DNA of 55,825 bases, taken from NCBI GenBank assembly GCA_031386655.1, contig JANNCO010000044.1, positions 1-55,825 of the forward strand, written 5' to 3'. Every line of letters starts with the position of its first letter. The stretch's first letter is position 1. The position numbers and the translations under genes were made by a program. Of the stretch, positions 28,892 through 38,393 are shown piece after piece. The notes beneath the pieces were generated by a model. That model made no database searches. It had not been told where the DNA came from and saw only the letters and a list, made by a program, of their open reading frames with translations. The stretch is from Polaromonas sp. Its GTDB lineage: Bacteria; Pseudomonadota; Gammaproteobacteria; Burkholderiales; Burkholderiaceae_C.

Positions 28892-30412
28892 ATGAGCACA
28901 CCCTCTCTTATTGCCGCAGACTTAACTACAAGACCACCATTTAAGGGTCAATTACTGATTGATGGAGTCTGGAGTGACGCTGATGATGGCGCTCAGTTGG
29001 AGCGCAAATCACCCGCGCATGATCAATTGGTTGCTGTCTATGCCCAAGCGGGTGTAGCCGATACCAATAAAGCCATCTCGGCAGCACGCAAAGCATTTGA
29101 CAAAGGTCCTTGGCCACGAATGAAAGGTGCTGATCGCGCTCAAATTTTGCGCAAGGTCGCAGATCTGATTCTCGAACGCAAGCACGCTATTGCGGAAATA
29201 GAGACGCTGGAAAATGGCAAGCCGTTAGCCCAATCCTTAGCTGAAGTTGAGGGAGCTGCAGATCTTTGGCAATACGCTGCAACGCTGGCGCGCAACCTTC
29301 ACGGTGATAGCTACAACACTTTAGGTGAGAACACTCTTGGGGTTGTGTTGCGCGACCCTATAGGTGTGGTCAGTGTAATCACACCTTGGAATTTCCCGTT
29401 TCTCATAGTGAGCCAAAAGTTACCTTTTGCGCTGGCAGCCGGCTGTACTGCAATAGTCAAGCCTGCAGAGGTCACTTCAGGCTCCACAGTGATGTTGGGT
29501 CAAATCATGATGGATGCGGGAGTACCTGCAGGAGTAGTCAATATTTTGGTTGGCCAAGGCAGTGTTGTAGGCGAAGTCATGGTGACACATGCAGACGTTG
29601 ACATGCTGTCGTTCACAGGCTCTACTGCGATTGGTAAAGCAGCGGTGGCTAAATCAGCCACTACCTTGAAAAAGGTATCCATGGAATTGGGTGGAAAAAA
29701 TCCACAACTTATTTTTGCGGATTGCGATTGGGATGCTGCAGTGGATGCTGCAATTTATGGCATTTACTTCAACGCTGGCCAGTGCTGCAACAGCGGAAGT
29801 CGAATCTTGGTGCAAGAGTCAATCGCCACGAAGTTTGTGGCAGAAATTATCGCTCGGTCAAAGCTGGTAAAAGTAGGCGATCCTTTACAAGCAGGTATTC
29901 AGGTTGGGGCTATCACCACTGAAAGACAGTTGGAAATAATTTTGGCTCACATTTGTAACGCGAAAGAACAGGGAGCCAAAGTAGAGCTTGGCGGTGCGCG
30001 TATCGCAGGCACTGGCATGTATATCGAACCCACTGTGGTGACTGGTGTAACCCGAGATATGACTATCGCCCGTGATGAAGTATTTGGTCCCGTGCTAGCC
30101 GTGATGACTTTTAAAACGCTGGATGACGCAATTGATCTGGCAAACAGTACTTTGTATGGCTTGTCTGCTGCTGTGTGGAGCCAAAACTTCAACACTTGCA
30201 TGACAGCGGCGCGTCGTATCAAGGCAGGCACTATTTGGATTAATACCTTTTTGGAGGGGCACGCAGAGTTGCCATTTGGCGGCTACCACGAAAGTGGCAT
30301 TGGCCGCGAGTTGGGTCGCTTTGCAACCGAAGATTACACAGAAACCAAAACTTTGCACATGCATTTAGGACCACGTACTGAATGGTACGTCCCGCCCGCA
30401 TCGAAAAAGTAA
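28892..30412 (+). CDS. NAD(P)-dependent aldehyde dehydrogenase
   Basis: MELGGKNP (catalytic Glu) and FNAGQCCNSGSR (catalytic Cys); 506 aa. Confidence 0.9.
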   Translation: MSTPSLIAADLTTRPPFKGQLLIDGVWSDADDGAQLERKSPAHDQLVAVYAQAGVADTNKAISAARKAFDKGPWPRMKGADRAQILRKVADLILERKHAIAEIETLENGKPLAQSLAEVEGAADLWQYAATLARNLHGDSYNTLGENTLGVVLRDPIGVVSVITPWNFPFLIVSQKLPFALAAGCTAIVKPAEVTSGSTVMLGQIMMDAGVPAGVVNILVGQGSVVGEVMVTHADVDMLSFTGSTAIGKAAVAKSATTLKKVSMELGGKNPQLIFADCDWDAAVDAAIYGIYFNAGQCCNSGSRILVQESIATKFVAEIIARSKLVKVGDPLQAGIQVGAITTERQLEIILAHICNAKEQGAKVELGGARIAGTGMYIEPTVVTGVTRDMTIARDEVFGPVLAVMTFKTLDDAIDLANSTLYGLSAAVWSQNFNTCMTAARRIKAGTIWINTFLEGHAELPFGGYHESGIGRELGRFATEDYTETKTLHMHLGPRTEWYVPPASKK

Positions 30413-30414
30413 TT

Positions 30415-30440
30415 CATTCAAACTGGCAGCAGTTTGAATG
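30415..30440 (+). terminator. Stem-loop CATTCAAACT-GGCAGC-AGTTTGAATG after the ALDH gene
   Basis: Perfect 10-bp stem 3 nt after the stop codon. No clear U-tract, so it may be a terminator, attenuator or processing site. Confidence 0.35.
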
Positions 30441-30521
30441 TTCACCGCCATATTCGTGTGGCATACCGCTGGGGCTAACAAAGTCTAGACCCAATTTTGT
30501 TTATTAAATCGGAGATATTTT

Positions 30522-31760
30522 ATGAAAAAGAAAATTTTAAGTTTAGCGATAGCTGCCGTAGTTAGCTCCCCTGTAATGGCACAACAAGCTGTTGAAGTAT
30601 TGCATTGGTGGACTTCTGGTGGCGAAGCAGCCGCTTTAGGTGTTCTAAAAGGAAACCTAGAAAAAGAGGGCGTCAAATGGAACGACATGCCGGTGGCAGG
30701 TGGTGGAGGTGAACAAGCTATGACCGCAGTACGTGCCCGCGTAACCTCTGGCAATCCACCAACAGCAGTACAAATGCTTGGATTTGACATCCAAGATTGG
30801 GCAAAGCAAGGCGTGTTAGCCGATTTGAGTGAGCTGGCCGCAAAAGAAGGCTGGGATAAAACTATACCTTCCGCCTTACAAAGGTTCTCTAAATACAATG
30901 GTAAATGGGTTGCCGCGCCCGTGAACGTTCACTCCACCAATTGGGTATGGGCTAACAAGGAGGTCCTTGACAAAGCTGGCGTTAAAACTGAACCCAAGAC
31001 TTGGGAAGAATTTATTTCTGCATTGGACTTAGTGAAAAAAGCCGGCTTTATTGGGCTGGCGCAAGGTGGTCAGCCATGGCAAGAGGCAACTATGTTCGAT
31101 GGCGTAGTGTTGTCTACCGGTGGTCTGGAATTTTACAAAAAAGCTTTTATTGATTTAGATCCTGCATCCTTAAATTCACCAACGATGGTGAAATCGTTTG
31201 AACGTATGGCGCAGTTGCGTCAATATGCAGACAAAGATTTCTCCGGCCGCGATTGGAACGTTGCTGCTGGTATGGTCATTAGTGGTAAAGCTGCTTTTCA
31301 AATCATGGGCGATTGGGCTAAAGGAGAATTTATTGCAGCTAAAAAATCTCCAGGCAAAGATTTTCTTTGCTTCAGAGTTCCCGGCTCACAAGGAATTGTG
31401 TCTTTCAATGCAGATCAATTTGCAATTTTTAAGGTCGGTGCTGACAAAATTCCAGCTCAAACCAAATTGGCCTCGGCTATTTTGAATCCTGGGTTTCAAT
31501 CTGCTTTCAACGTTGTTAAAGGATCTGCTCCAGCACGCTCAGATGTAGTGGATACAGCATTTGATGATTGTGGTAAAAAAGCTATCAAAGATATAGCTGA
31601 AGCCAATAAGAAAAATACGTTGGTAGGTTCAATGGCGCAAGGTCATACAGTTCCAGCATCGATCAAGAACGCGTTCTATGACGTTATTACACGTAACTTC
31701 AATGGTCAAATCGATGCGAAGAAGGCTGCAGCAGAACTCGCAATCGCCGCCAAGAGTTAA
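30522..31760 (+). CDS. CUT1 sugar ABC transporter substrate-binding protein (GtsA glucose/mannose-like)
   Basis: Signal peptide followed by [12 protein letters not shown]...GNPP...GDWAKGEF, characteristic of GtsA-type binding proteins. Confidence 0.88.
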   Translation: MKKKILSLAIAAVVSSPVMAQQAVEVLHWWTSGGEAAALGVLKGNLEKEGVKWNDMPVAGGGGEQAMTAVRARVTSGNPPTAVQMLGFDIQDWAKQGVLADLSELAAKEGWDKTIPSALQRFSKYNGKWVAAPVNVHSTNWVWANKEVLDKAGVKTEPKTWEEFISALDLVKKAGFIGLAQGGQPWQEATMFDGVVLSTGGLEFYKKAFIDLDPASLNSPTMVKSFERMAQLRQYADKDFSGRDWNVAAGMVISGKAAFQIMGDWAKGEFIAAKKSPGKDFLCFRVPGSQGIVSFNADQFAIFKVGADKIPAQTKLASAILNPGFQSAFNVVKGSAPARSDVVDTAFDDCGKKAIKDIAEANKKNTLVGSMAQGHTVPASIKNAFYDVITRNFNGQIDAKKAAAELAIAAKS

Positions 31761-31767
31761 TTGAAGA

Positions 31768-31808
31768 GCACTAAACAACTCTGCCTCGCGGGCAGTGTTG
31801 TTTAGTGC
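31768..31808 (+). other. Intercistronic 18-bp stem-loop (1 mismatch, loop TCGCG) between the SBP and permease genes
   Basis: GCACTAAACAACTCTGCC-TCGCG-GGCAGTGTTGTTTAGTGC. Begins 8 nt after the SBP stop and is followed by an A-rich rather than U-rich tract. Confidence 0.65.
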
Positions 31809-31845
31809 CTAAAAAACTTCAGTAAGTAAAAAAAGGAATAGAGTT

Positions 31846-32712
31846 ATGCGTGCCGGAGTCTTGCCCAAGCTATTGCTCAGTCCCAGCGCCATTTTGGTAC
31901 TGGTCTGTGTGTATGGCTACATCATGTTCACAGTCTATTTATCGTTCACCAGCTCTACGATGATGCCTTCTTATGAGTGGTCCGGCGGCACAAATTATCG
32001 CCGCTTAATTAGTCTGGAAAATTGGGCAGTTTCATTGTCGAACTTATGGGTATTTGCCAGCCTATATATTATTTTCGCGATGGTCATTGGCCTGGCGTTG
32101 GCGATTTTGATAGATCAAAAAATTCGTGCCGAAAGTGCCTTCCGATCCATCTTTTTATATCCAATGGCCTTGTCTTTTATTGTCACTGGGACAGCTTGGA
32201 AGTGGTTATTGGATCCTGGTGTGGGGATAGAGCACACCATACAGGACTTAGGTTGGAGTAATTTTGCCTTTGGGTGGATTAAAGATTCTGAGATGGCCAT
32301 CTATTGCGTGGTCATCGCTGCAGTCTGGCAGACAGCTGGATTTGTAATGGCGATGTTCTTGGCTGGTTTGCGCGGTGTTGACTCAGAGCAAATCAACGCT
32401 GCCCGCTTAGATGGCGCAATGACATGGCAGATTTATTTGCACATCATCATTCCACAGCTAGGCCCTGTGTTTGTGTCTTCCTTTGTGATTTTGGCGCACA
32501 TGTCTATCAAGTCTTACGACCTCGTGATAGCGTTGACAAATGGCGGTCCTGGACGATCTACTTGGTTACCTTCAGTGTTTATGTACCAGTACACATTTAC
32601 GCGTAACGAAATGGCTATCGGTGCGGCAAGTTCAGTGCTGATGCTTGTAGCTATTGGTGTAGTGGTGCTACCTTATTTGTTTAGTGAGATGCGGAAAGTC
32701 AAAAATGGATAA
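31846..32712 (+). CDS. Carbohydrate ABC transporter permease (GtsB/MalF-like)
   Basis: 288-aa protein with 6 predicted TM segments and EAA loop AARLDGAMTWQIYLHIIIPQL. Confidence 0.9.
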   Translation: MRAGVLPKLLLSPSAILVLVCVYGYIMFTVYLSFTSSTMMPSYEWSGGTNYRRLISLENWAVSLSNLWVFASLYIIFAMVIGLALAILIDQKIRAESAFRSIFLYPMALSFIVTGTAWKWLLDPGVGIEHTIQDLGWSNFAFGWIKDSEMAIYCVVIAAVWQTAGFVMAMFLAGLRGVDSEQINAARLDGAMTWQIYLHIIIPQLGPVFVSSFVILAHMSIKSYDLVIALTNGGPGRSTWLPSVFMYQYTFTRNEMAIGAASSVLMLVAIGVVVLPYLFSEMRKVKNG

Positions 32713-33604
32713 CACTAATGATTTGCTTCGTGACAGCGTGAAAAGCATTCCTCTAGTAGGGCATTTTGGTCGATTTTTACTGTATGCGATTCTGATCAGC
32801 GCAGCTGTTCTTTTCGTGCTTCCGGTCTATGTGATGGTGGTGAACTCTCTTAAACCGCTAGATGAAATACGCAGCGGCGATTTGATGGCGTTACCCATAG
32901 CCTGGACGTTTGAACCTTGGTTAACAGCGTGGAGTACTGCACAAATTGGAGTGCAACCTACGGGTCTTAAGCCGTATTTCATTAACTCATTTTTATTGGT
33001 TGTTCCTGCGGTCATTATTTCGACTTTGATTGGCGCATTAAACGGCTACATTTTGACTCAATTCAAAATGCGTGGCTCAAGTTTGATTTTCGCAGCCATG
33101 CTTTTTTCTGTTTTTATACCATTTCAGATTGTCCTGATACCAATGGCTAAAACGCTAGGTTTCCTTGGTCTAGCTGGAACTGTCAAGGGACTTGTCTTTG
33201 TGAATGTTGTTTATGGAATTGGATTTACTACGCTTTTTTTCCGAAATTACTATGCGGCGTTTCCTAACGAGCTGGTACGTTCTGCGCGTATGGATGGTGC
33301 CAATTTTTTCGGGGTGCTTTTTCGCATTCTGCTGCCTAACAGCGCGCCAATAATTGTCGTCACTGTTATTTGGCAGTTCACCAATATTTGGAACGAATTC
33401 TTGTTTGGTGCATCCTTCAGCGATTACACCTCATTTCCACTGACCGTAGCATTGAACAACCTGGTGAGCAGTTCTACAGGAGTAAAGGAATACAACGTGC
33501 ATTTTGCAGGTGCATTTATTGCCGCTTTGCCGACCTTGGTGGTTTATATGGTTTCTGGTAAATATTTTGTTCGCGGTTTGATGGCCGGTTCAGTCAAAGG
33601 GTAA
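32705..33604 (+). CDS. Carbohydrate ABC transporter permease (GtsC/MalG-like)
   Basis: EAA loop SARMDGANFFGVLFRILLPNS. ATG at 32705 overlaps the upstream stop by 8 nt. Confidence 0.9.
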   Translation: MDNTNDLLRDSVKSIPLVGHFGRFLLYAILISAAVLFVLPVYVMVVNSLKPLDEIRSGDLMALPIAWTFEPWLTAWSTAQIGVQPTGLKPYFINSFLLVVPAVIISTLIGALNGYILTQFKMRGSSLIFAAMLFSVFIPFQIVLIPMAKTLGFLGLAGTVKGLVFVNVVYGIGFTTLFFRNYYAAFPNELVRSARMDGANFFGVLFRILLPNSAPIIVVTVIWQFTNIWNEFLFGASFSDYTSFPLTVALNNLVSSSTGVKEYNVHFAGAFIAALPTLVVYMVSGKYFVRGLMAGSVKG

Positions 33605-33608
33605 TGGT

Positions 33609-34724
33609 ATGTCTTCGCTTGATCTAATCAATATTGAAAAAAGTTTTGGTGCGACTCAAATCCTTCGCGATGTTTCCATAACTTTATCGGATGGTGAATT
33701 TTTAGTACTAGTCGGTCCTAGCGGCTGCGGCAAAAGTACACTGATGAACATCATTGCAGGCTTGGAAGAGCCTAGCGGGGGTCTGTTGCGTCTAGATGGT
33801 CAAGATATTACGCATGTAGCACCTGCAGAGCGCAATATTTCTATGGTGTTTCAATCCTATGCGCTCTATCCCAATATGACGGTAGCAAAGAATATCGAGT
33901 TTCCTTTGCAGATGCGCAAGGTTGCAAAACAGATTCGCACTGAACGTGTCCAAAGCGTAGCAAAGCTTTTGCAAATTGAGCACCTTATGGATCGTAAGCC
34001 CAAGCAACTATCTGGTGGTCAACGTCAGCGCGTAGCTATTGGTCGTGCTTTAGCACGCGAACCCAAGCTCTATTTGTTTGATGAACCGCTGTCTAATCTT
34101 GATGCGCAATTACGTTTAGATATGCGTACTGAAATTAAAAAACTGCACCAGCGGCTTAAATCCACCATCGTTTATGTGACCCACGATCAAATCGAAGCAA
34201 TGACTCTTGCTACACGTATTGCGGTGATGAAAGGTGGTGTAGTACAGCAGCTCGGCACTCCCAGTGAGGTGTACAACCGACCTGCCAATACGTTTGTGGC
34301 CAGTTTCATGGGATCGCCTAGGATGAATCTTGTCAAAGGGCAAGTGGTCGAACAAGCTGGTTCATTCAAGATTGAGTTAAATGGTAGCGTGAGCAGCAAA
34401 ATTTCAATCGAAATACCCACAATGCCAGCGGGATTGGTCTCGTACGTAGGCAAAGAGGTGATCGTTGGTATTCGTGCTGAAGCCATTAGCCTAGCCCGCG
34501 ACGATGTGACTATGGCAACCATGCAACGCTTGGTGACGGCGCGCGTTGAAGTGATCGAGCCAACAGGTGCCGATACATTGATTGTGATGAATTTGGGCGG
34601 TCACGAATTTACCGCAAGGTTAGAGCCCGAAGCAAAAATTACCGTCGGCGCTGAAGTCAAATTTTTTCTGGATTTATCCAAATTGGTTTGTTTTGATGCA
34701 GAGACTGAGAAGCTCATTACGTGA
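33609..34724 (+). CDS. Sugar ABC transporter ATP-binding protein (MalK/UgpC-like)
   Basis: [35 protein letters not shown], and a C-terminal regulatory/TOBE domain. Confidence 0.92.
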   Translation: MSSLDLINIEKSFGATQILRDVSITLSDGEFLVLVGPSGCGKSTLMNIIAGLEEPSGGLLRLDGQDITHVAPAERNISMVFQSYALYPNMTVAKNIEFPLQMRKVAKQIRTERVQSVAKLLQIEHLMDRKPKQLSGGQRQRVAIGRALAREPKLYLFDEPLSNLDAQLRLDMRTEIKKLHQRLKSTIVYVTHDQIEAMTLATRIAVMKGGVVQQLGTPSEVYNRPANTFVASFMGSPRMNLVKGQVVEQAGSFKIELNGSVSSKISIEIPTMPAGLVSYVGKEVIVGIRAEAISLARDDVTMATMQRLVTARVEVIEPTGADTLIVMNLGGHEFTARLEPEAKITVGAEVKFFLDLSKLVCFDAETEKLIT

Positions 34725-36241
34725 TGGCTATGAAATATCAAACATATGATGTAGTAATTATTGGCTCTGGCGTAGGAGGTGGCTCAATAGCACTGCAACT
34801 AGCCGGGAGCAATGCACGTGTATTGATTTTAGAGCGTGGACCAACTCTCCCAAAGGAGGTGCAAAATTGGCAGCCTGAGGCTGTATTTTGTGACCACCGG
34901 TACCATACAGAAGAAACATGGTGGGCCAATGAACGATCCTTTAAACCGGGAATGTTTTATTTTGTAGGAGGCAACACAAAGTTTTATGGTACAGCAATGT
35001 TTCGCTTTCGTGAGAAAGACTTTGAATCGCTTGCGCATGAGGAAGGCAACTCGCCTGCCTGGCCCATTAGCTACAGTGAACTTGAGCCTTGGTATTGCGA
35101 TGCCGAGAAACTCTTTAGAGTGCGTGGCCAAGCTGGAATTGACCCCACTGAACCATCGCGCAGTATCCCTTATTCCTATGAGCCGGTTTCACATGAACCT
35201 GTAATTGATCAAATCGCGAAGCGATTGCGTGCACAAGGTTTAATGCCGTTTCCAATGCCGAGCGCAGTGGATTACGGCTCTAACGGTCGATGCATACGAT
35301 GTGCAAATTGTGATGCATTTCCATGCAAAATTGATGCTAAAGGCGATGCTGAAATAATTTTAATTAAACCCTCTTTGAAGCATTCAAATATTGAACTGGT
35401 TTCGAATGCTTATGTGCAAAAACTACTGACCGATCCAACTGGAAAAAGAATTATCGCTGCTGACGTGCTGATCAACGGCACAACCCAGAGCATTAAGGCA
35501 GATACATTCGTTCTAAGTGCAGGTGCTGTAAATTCAGCTGCACTGCTATTAAGATCCGCGAGTCAAAGCAATCCAAGAGGATTGGCCAATAGCTCTGACG
35601 TAGTGGGGCGCCATTACATGACCCACAACACGAGCGCGCTAATGGCTGTCCACCCGTTTAAAGTTAACAACACACAATTTCCCAAGACACTGGCGGTGCA
35701 CGACTTCTACTTTGGTGGCAATGAGTCCAAGACGCCCTTGGGTAGTCTTCAATTACTCGGGAAAATTCGTGAGCCTATGTTGCGCGGCCCTCTACGAGCA
35801 GTGCCCAAATTTCTTCGCACGGCATTGGCATCACGCAGTGTGGACTGGTACGCTCAAAGCGAAGACTTACCCCACCCTGAGAGCAGAGTCACCATCCGAC
35901 CTGACGGAGCCATCAATCTCAACTGGCATCGCAGCAATCTCAAGGCCCACCGTCGCTGGGTAGCCAAATGCAAAGAAATTCTGCGCGCAACAGGTTATCC
36001 CATTGTTCTGGCGCAGTCATTTGGTACGGATGTGGTTTCACATCAGTGCGGCACAGTGCGTTTTGGCAACGATCCTGCAACATCAGCACTAAATACCATG
36101 TGCAAGGCATGGGATCACGACAACTTATATGTCGTTGACGCTGGATTCTTCCCGTCGTCTGCGGCTGTTAACCCGGCTTTGACGGTTGCCGCACAAAGCT
36201 TGCGGGTTGGCAACTATTTACGCAATGAGATTTTTAAATGA
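34724..36241 (+). CDS. GMC-family FAD-dependent oxidoreductase (about 505 aa class)
   Basis: YDVVIIGSGVGGGS FAD fold and C-terminal NLYVVDAGFFPSSAAVNPALTVAA. Start overlaps the ATPase stop (TGATG). Confidence 0.85.
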   Translation: MAMKYQTYDVVIIGSGVGGGSIALQLAGSNARVLILERGPTLPKEVQNWQPEAVFCDHRYHTEETWWANERSFKPGMFYFVGGNTKFYGTAMFRFREKDFESLAHEEGNSPAWPISYSELEPWYCDAEKLFRVRGQAGIDPTEPSRSIPYSYEPVSHEPVIDQIAKRLRAQGLMPFPMPSAVDYGSNGRCIRCANCDAFPCKIDAKGDAEIILIKPSLKHSNIELVSNAYVQKLLTDPTGKRIIAADVLINGTTQSIKADTFVLSAGAVNSAALLLRSASQSNPRGLANSSDVVGRHYMTHNTSALMAVHPFKVNNTQFPKTLAVHDFYFGGNESKTPLGSLQLLGKIREPMLRGPLRAVPKFLRTALASRSVDWYAQSEDLPHPESRVTIRPDGAINLNWHRSNLKAHRRWVAKCKEILRATGYPIVLAQSFGTDVVSHQCGTVRFGNDPATSALNTMCKAWDHDNLYVVDAGFFPSSAAVNPALTVAAQSLRVGNYLRNEIFK

Positions 36242-37005
36242 ACGCACATCGTCCTTTAGCATTGGTAACCGGTGCGCGTCGAGGTATCGGCGCGGCTATA
36301 GCCATTGAACTTGCAAGGCGTGGATTTGATTTGGCGTTAACTGACATCGAAAGTTCAGGCGCTGAAGAAACGTTGCAAGCTATTCAAGACCATGGTGCTA
36401 ATGTTAAATTATTCATATCAGATCTTGGACGCATTGAAGCCCATCGCGGTGTTATTGCCGAGATAAACCAATGGGGCGGCCCAATTGTTTGTTTGATCAA
36501 TAACGCCGGAATTCCTGCGCCTAAAAGAGGTGATATTTTGGAGGTGACAGCACAGTCATTTGACAGCGTACTAGGTGTTAATTTACGGGGCACCTTTTTT
36601 TTCACGCAAGCCGTAGCGATTCTCATGGCAACGACGGTATCAGATTTTCCTAGATCGATTGTGACTGTATCTTCTGTAAGTGTTGAAATGGCCTCTATTG
36701 AACGGTCTGAATATTGTCTTTCGAAATCAGGCCTGGGAATGCTGACAAAGCTTTTTAGTTTGAGGCTCGCGCCTTTAGGAATTGCAGTGTTTGAAGTTCG
36801 CCCTGGCATCATTCGTACGCACATGACGGAAGGTGTCTCAACAGAGTATGACCAACGTATTGCTGAAGGCCTTGTGCCTATGGGCCGATGGGGATACTCC
36901 GCAGATGTTGCACGAGCAGTGGCCGCCCTAGTCGATGGGCAGCTAAGTTTTTCTACTGGTAGCGTTATGCATGTAGACGGTGCTCTATCTATTCCAAAAT
37001 TTTGA
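36238..37005 (+). CDS. Short-chain dehydrogenase/reductase (SDR)
   Basis: TGARRGIGAAIA cofactor motif, NNAG, and the YCLSK catalytic YxxxK. ATGA overlap with the GMC gene. Confidence 0.9.
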   Translation: MNAHRPLALVTGARRGIGAAIAIELARRGFDLALTDIESSGAEETLQAIQDHGANVKLFISDLGRIEAHRGVIAEINQWGGPIVCLINNAGIPAPKRGDILEVTAQSFDSVLGVNLRGTFFFTQAVAILMATTVSDFPRSIVTVSSVSVEMASIERSEYCLSKSGLGMLTKLFSLRLAPLGIAVFEVRPGIIRTHMTEGVSTEYDQRIAEGLVPMGRWGYSADVARAVAALVDGQLSFSTGSVMHVDGALSIPKF

Positions 37006-37108
37006 AGCTTCAAACAATGAAAGCAGCAATACAGCGATTGGATGGAAATGAATCTGGTTCAGAAATATAAAACGCCGCTGAACTGTCAAATTTAAATTGG
37101 AGCATTTG

Positions 37109-38368
37109 ATGCGAAACACTGTCTTGAGATGGTTGATATGCGGGGTGAGCTTACTAAGCAATACTTGGGCAATAGGTGGTGAGGTCGAGGTATTGCATTT
37201 TTGGACTTCTGGTGGCGAAGCAAAATCAGTATCCGAGCTTAAGGCCCTTTTGGCATTGCGAGGCCATACTTGGAAAGATTTTTCAGTGGTCGGTGGAGGC
37301 GGTGAGAACGCGATGACGGTACTAAAGCAGCGTATTTTGACGGGCAATCCGCCTGCTGCAGCAATAATCAAAGGCCCAGTTGTTCAAGAATGGGCTTCGT
37401 TGAATGCCCTTGCCAACCTTGATGCGATGGCTGCATTTGACAAATGGGATGAGTCCTTACCGAAGGTCATAGCCGACCATATGAAATATAAAGGTCGTTA
37501 TGTTGCCGTTCCTGTAAATGTACACCGCGTCAATTGGCTGTGGTCAAACTCTGCTGTGCTTAAAAAGGCTGGCGTAATCACGTTACCGAAAAACTATGAA
37601 GAGTTTTTTGAAGCTGCTGAAAAAATCAAAGCCACTGGTGTAACTCCAGTCGCCCATGGTGGACAAGCATGGCAGGATTTTGCATTGTTTGAATCTGTTG
37701 CGCTAGGTGTTGGTGGAACCGAATTCTATAAAAATGCTTTTATCAAATTGAATCCAGCAGCTTTAGGAAGCACTGAGATGAAGAATTCACTAGAAGTATT
37801 TCGCCGTATCAAGTCTTATACAGACGACAAATCGCGTGGTCGCGACTGGAATGCAGCTACCGATATGGTGATTACTGGAAAGGCTGGATTCCAGTTTATG
37901 GGTGATTGGGCTAAAGGGGAATTTTTAGTTGCGGGTCAGCAACCTGGTAAAGAATTCTCTTGTTCGGCAGCACCTGGTACTTCGGCAGCATTTTCCTACG
38001 TTTTGGATACGTTTGCCATGTTCCAACTTAAGGGCTGGGAGGCCCAAAAAGCGCAAGGATACTTAGCCTATTTACTCATGGGTAAGGATTTTCAAGAAAA
38101 GTTTAATCTGCGCAAAGGTTCCATACCCGCACGTTTAAAAGTGAATATGGAAAAATTTGACTCATGTGCACAGACATCGAGCAAAGATTTCATCGCTACC
38201 GAGAAAACTGGAGCTTTGTTACCTTCAGTGGCTATTGATATGGCAGTTGCACCGTTGGTACATGATGCCTTGCGTGCAGTGGTGAGCGAATTCTGGGCTG
38301 CAGACAAGATGTCTGTTAACGATGCTGTTTCAAAAATAATAATGGCATCTGCAGTAAAACAAAAATGA
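37109..38368 (+). CDS. Second GtsA-like CUT1 substrate-binding protein (orphan paralog)
   Basis: EVEVLHFWTSGGE...GNPP...GDWAKGEF, clearly paralogous to 30522-31760. ATG at 37109 with GGAG 7 nt upstream. No permease genes of its own. Confidence 0.85.
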   Translation: MRNTVLRWLICGVSLLSNTWAIGGEVEVLHFWTSGGEAKSVSELKALLALRGHTWKDFSVVGGGGENAMTVLKQRILTGNPPAAAIIKGPVVQEWASLNALANLDAMAAFDKWDESLPKVIADHMKYKGRYVAVPVNVHRVNWLWSNSAVLKKAGVITLPKNYEEFFEAAEKIKATGVTPVAHGGQAWQDFALFESVALGVGGTEFYKNAFIKLNPAALGSTEMKNSLEVFRRIKSYTDDKSRGRDWNAATDMVITGKAGFQFMGDWAKGEFLVAGQQPGKEFSCSAAPGTSAAFSYVLDTFAMFQLKGWEAQKAQGYLAYLLMGKDFQEKFNLRKGSIPARLKVNMEKFDSCAQTSSKDFIATEKTGALLPSVAIDMAVAPLVHDALRAVVSEFWAADKMSVNDAVSKIIMASAVKQK

Positions 38369-38393
38369 ATCTTTCTTTTTAAGAATTTTAGTT

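Noticed and set aside
36384-37013. Long antisense ORFs opposite well-supported genes. Examples are 36384-37013 opposite the SDR gene, 22390-23100 opposite zwf, 44505-45161 opposite the lplT fusion, 572-1003 opposite the Lrp-like gene, 48620-49135 opposite phaM, 51621-52166 opposite pntAA, and 10537-11004 opposite the kefB/C-type gene.
   Set aside because: Their translations are low-complexity (Arg/Ala/Ser/Pro-rich), lack any recognisable motif, and lie fully within genes that have strong family signatures on the other strand. These are typical shadow ORFs.
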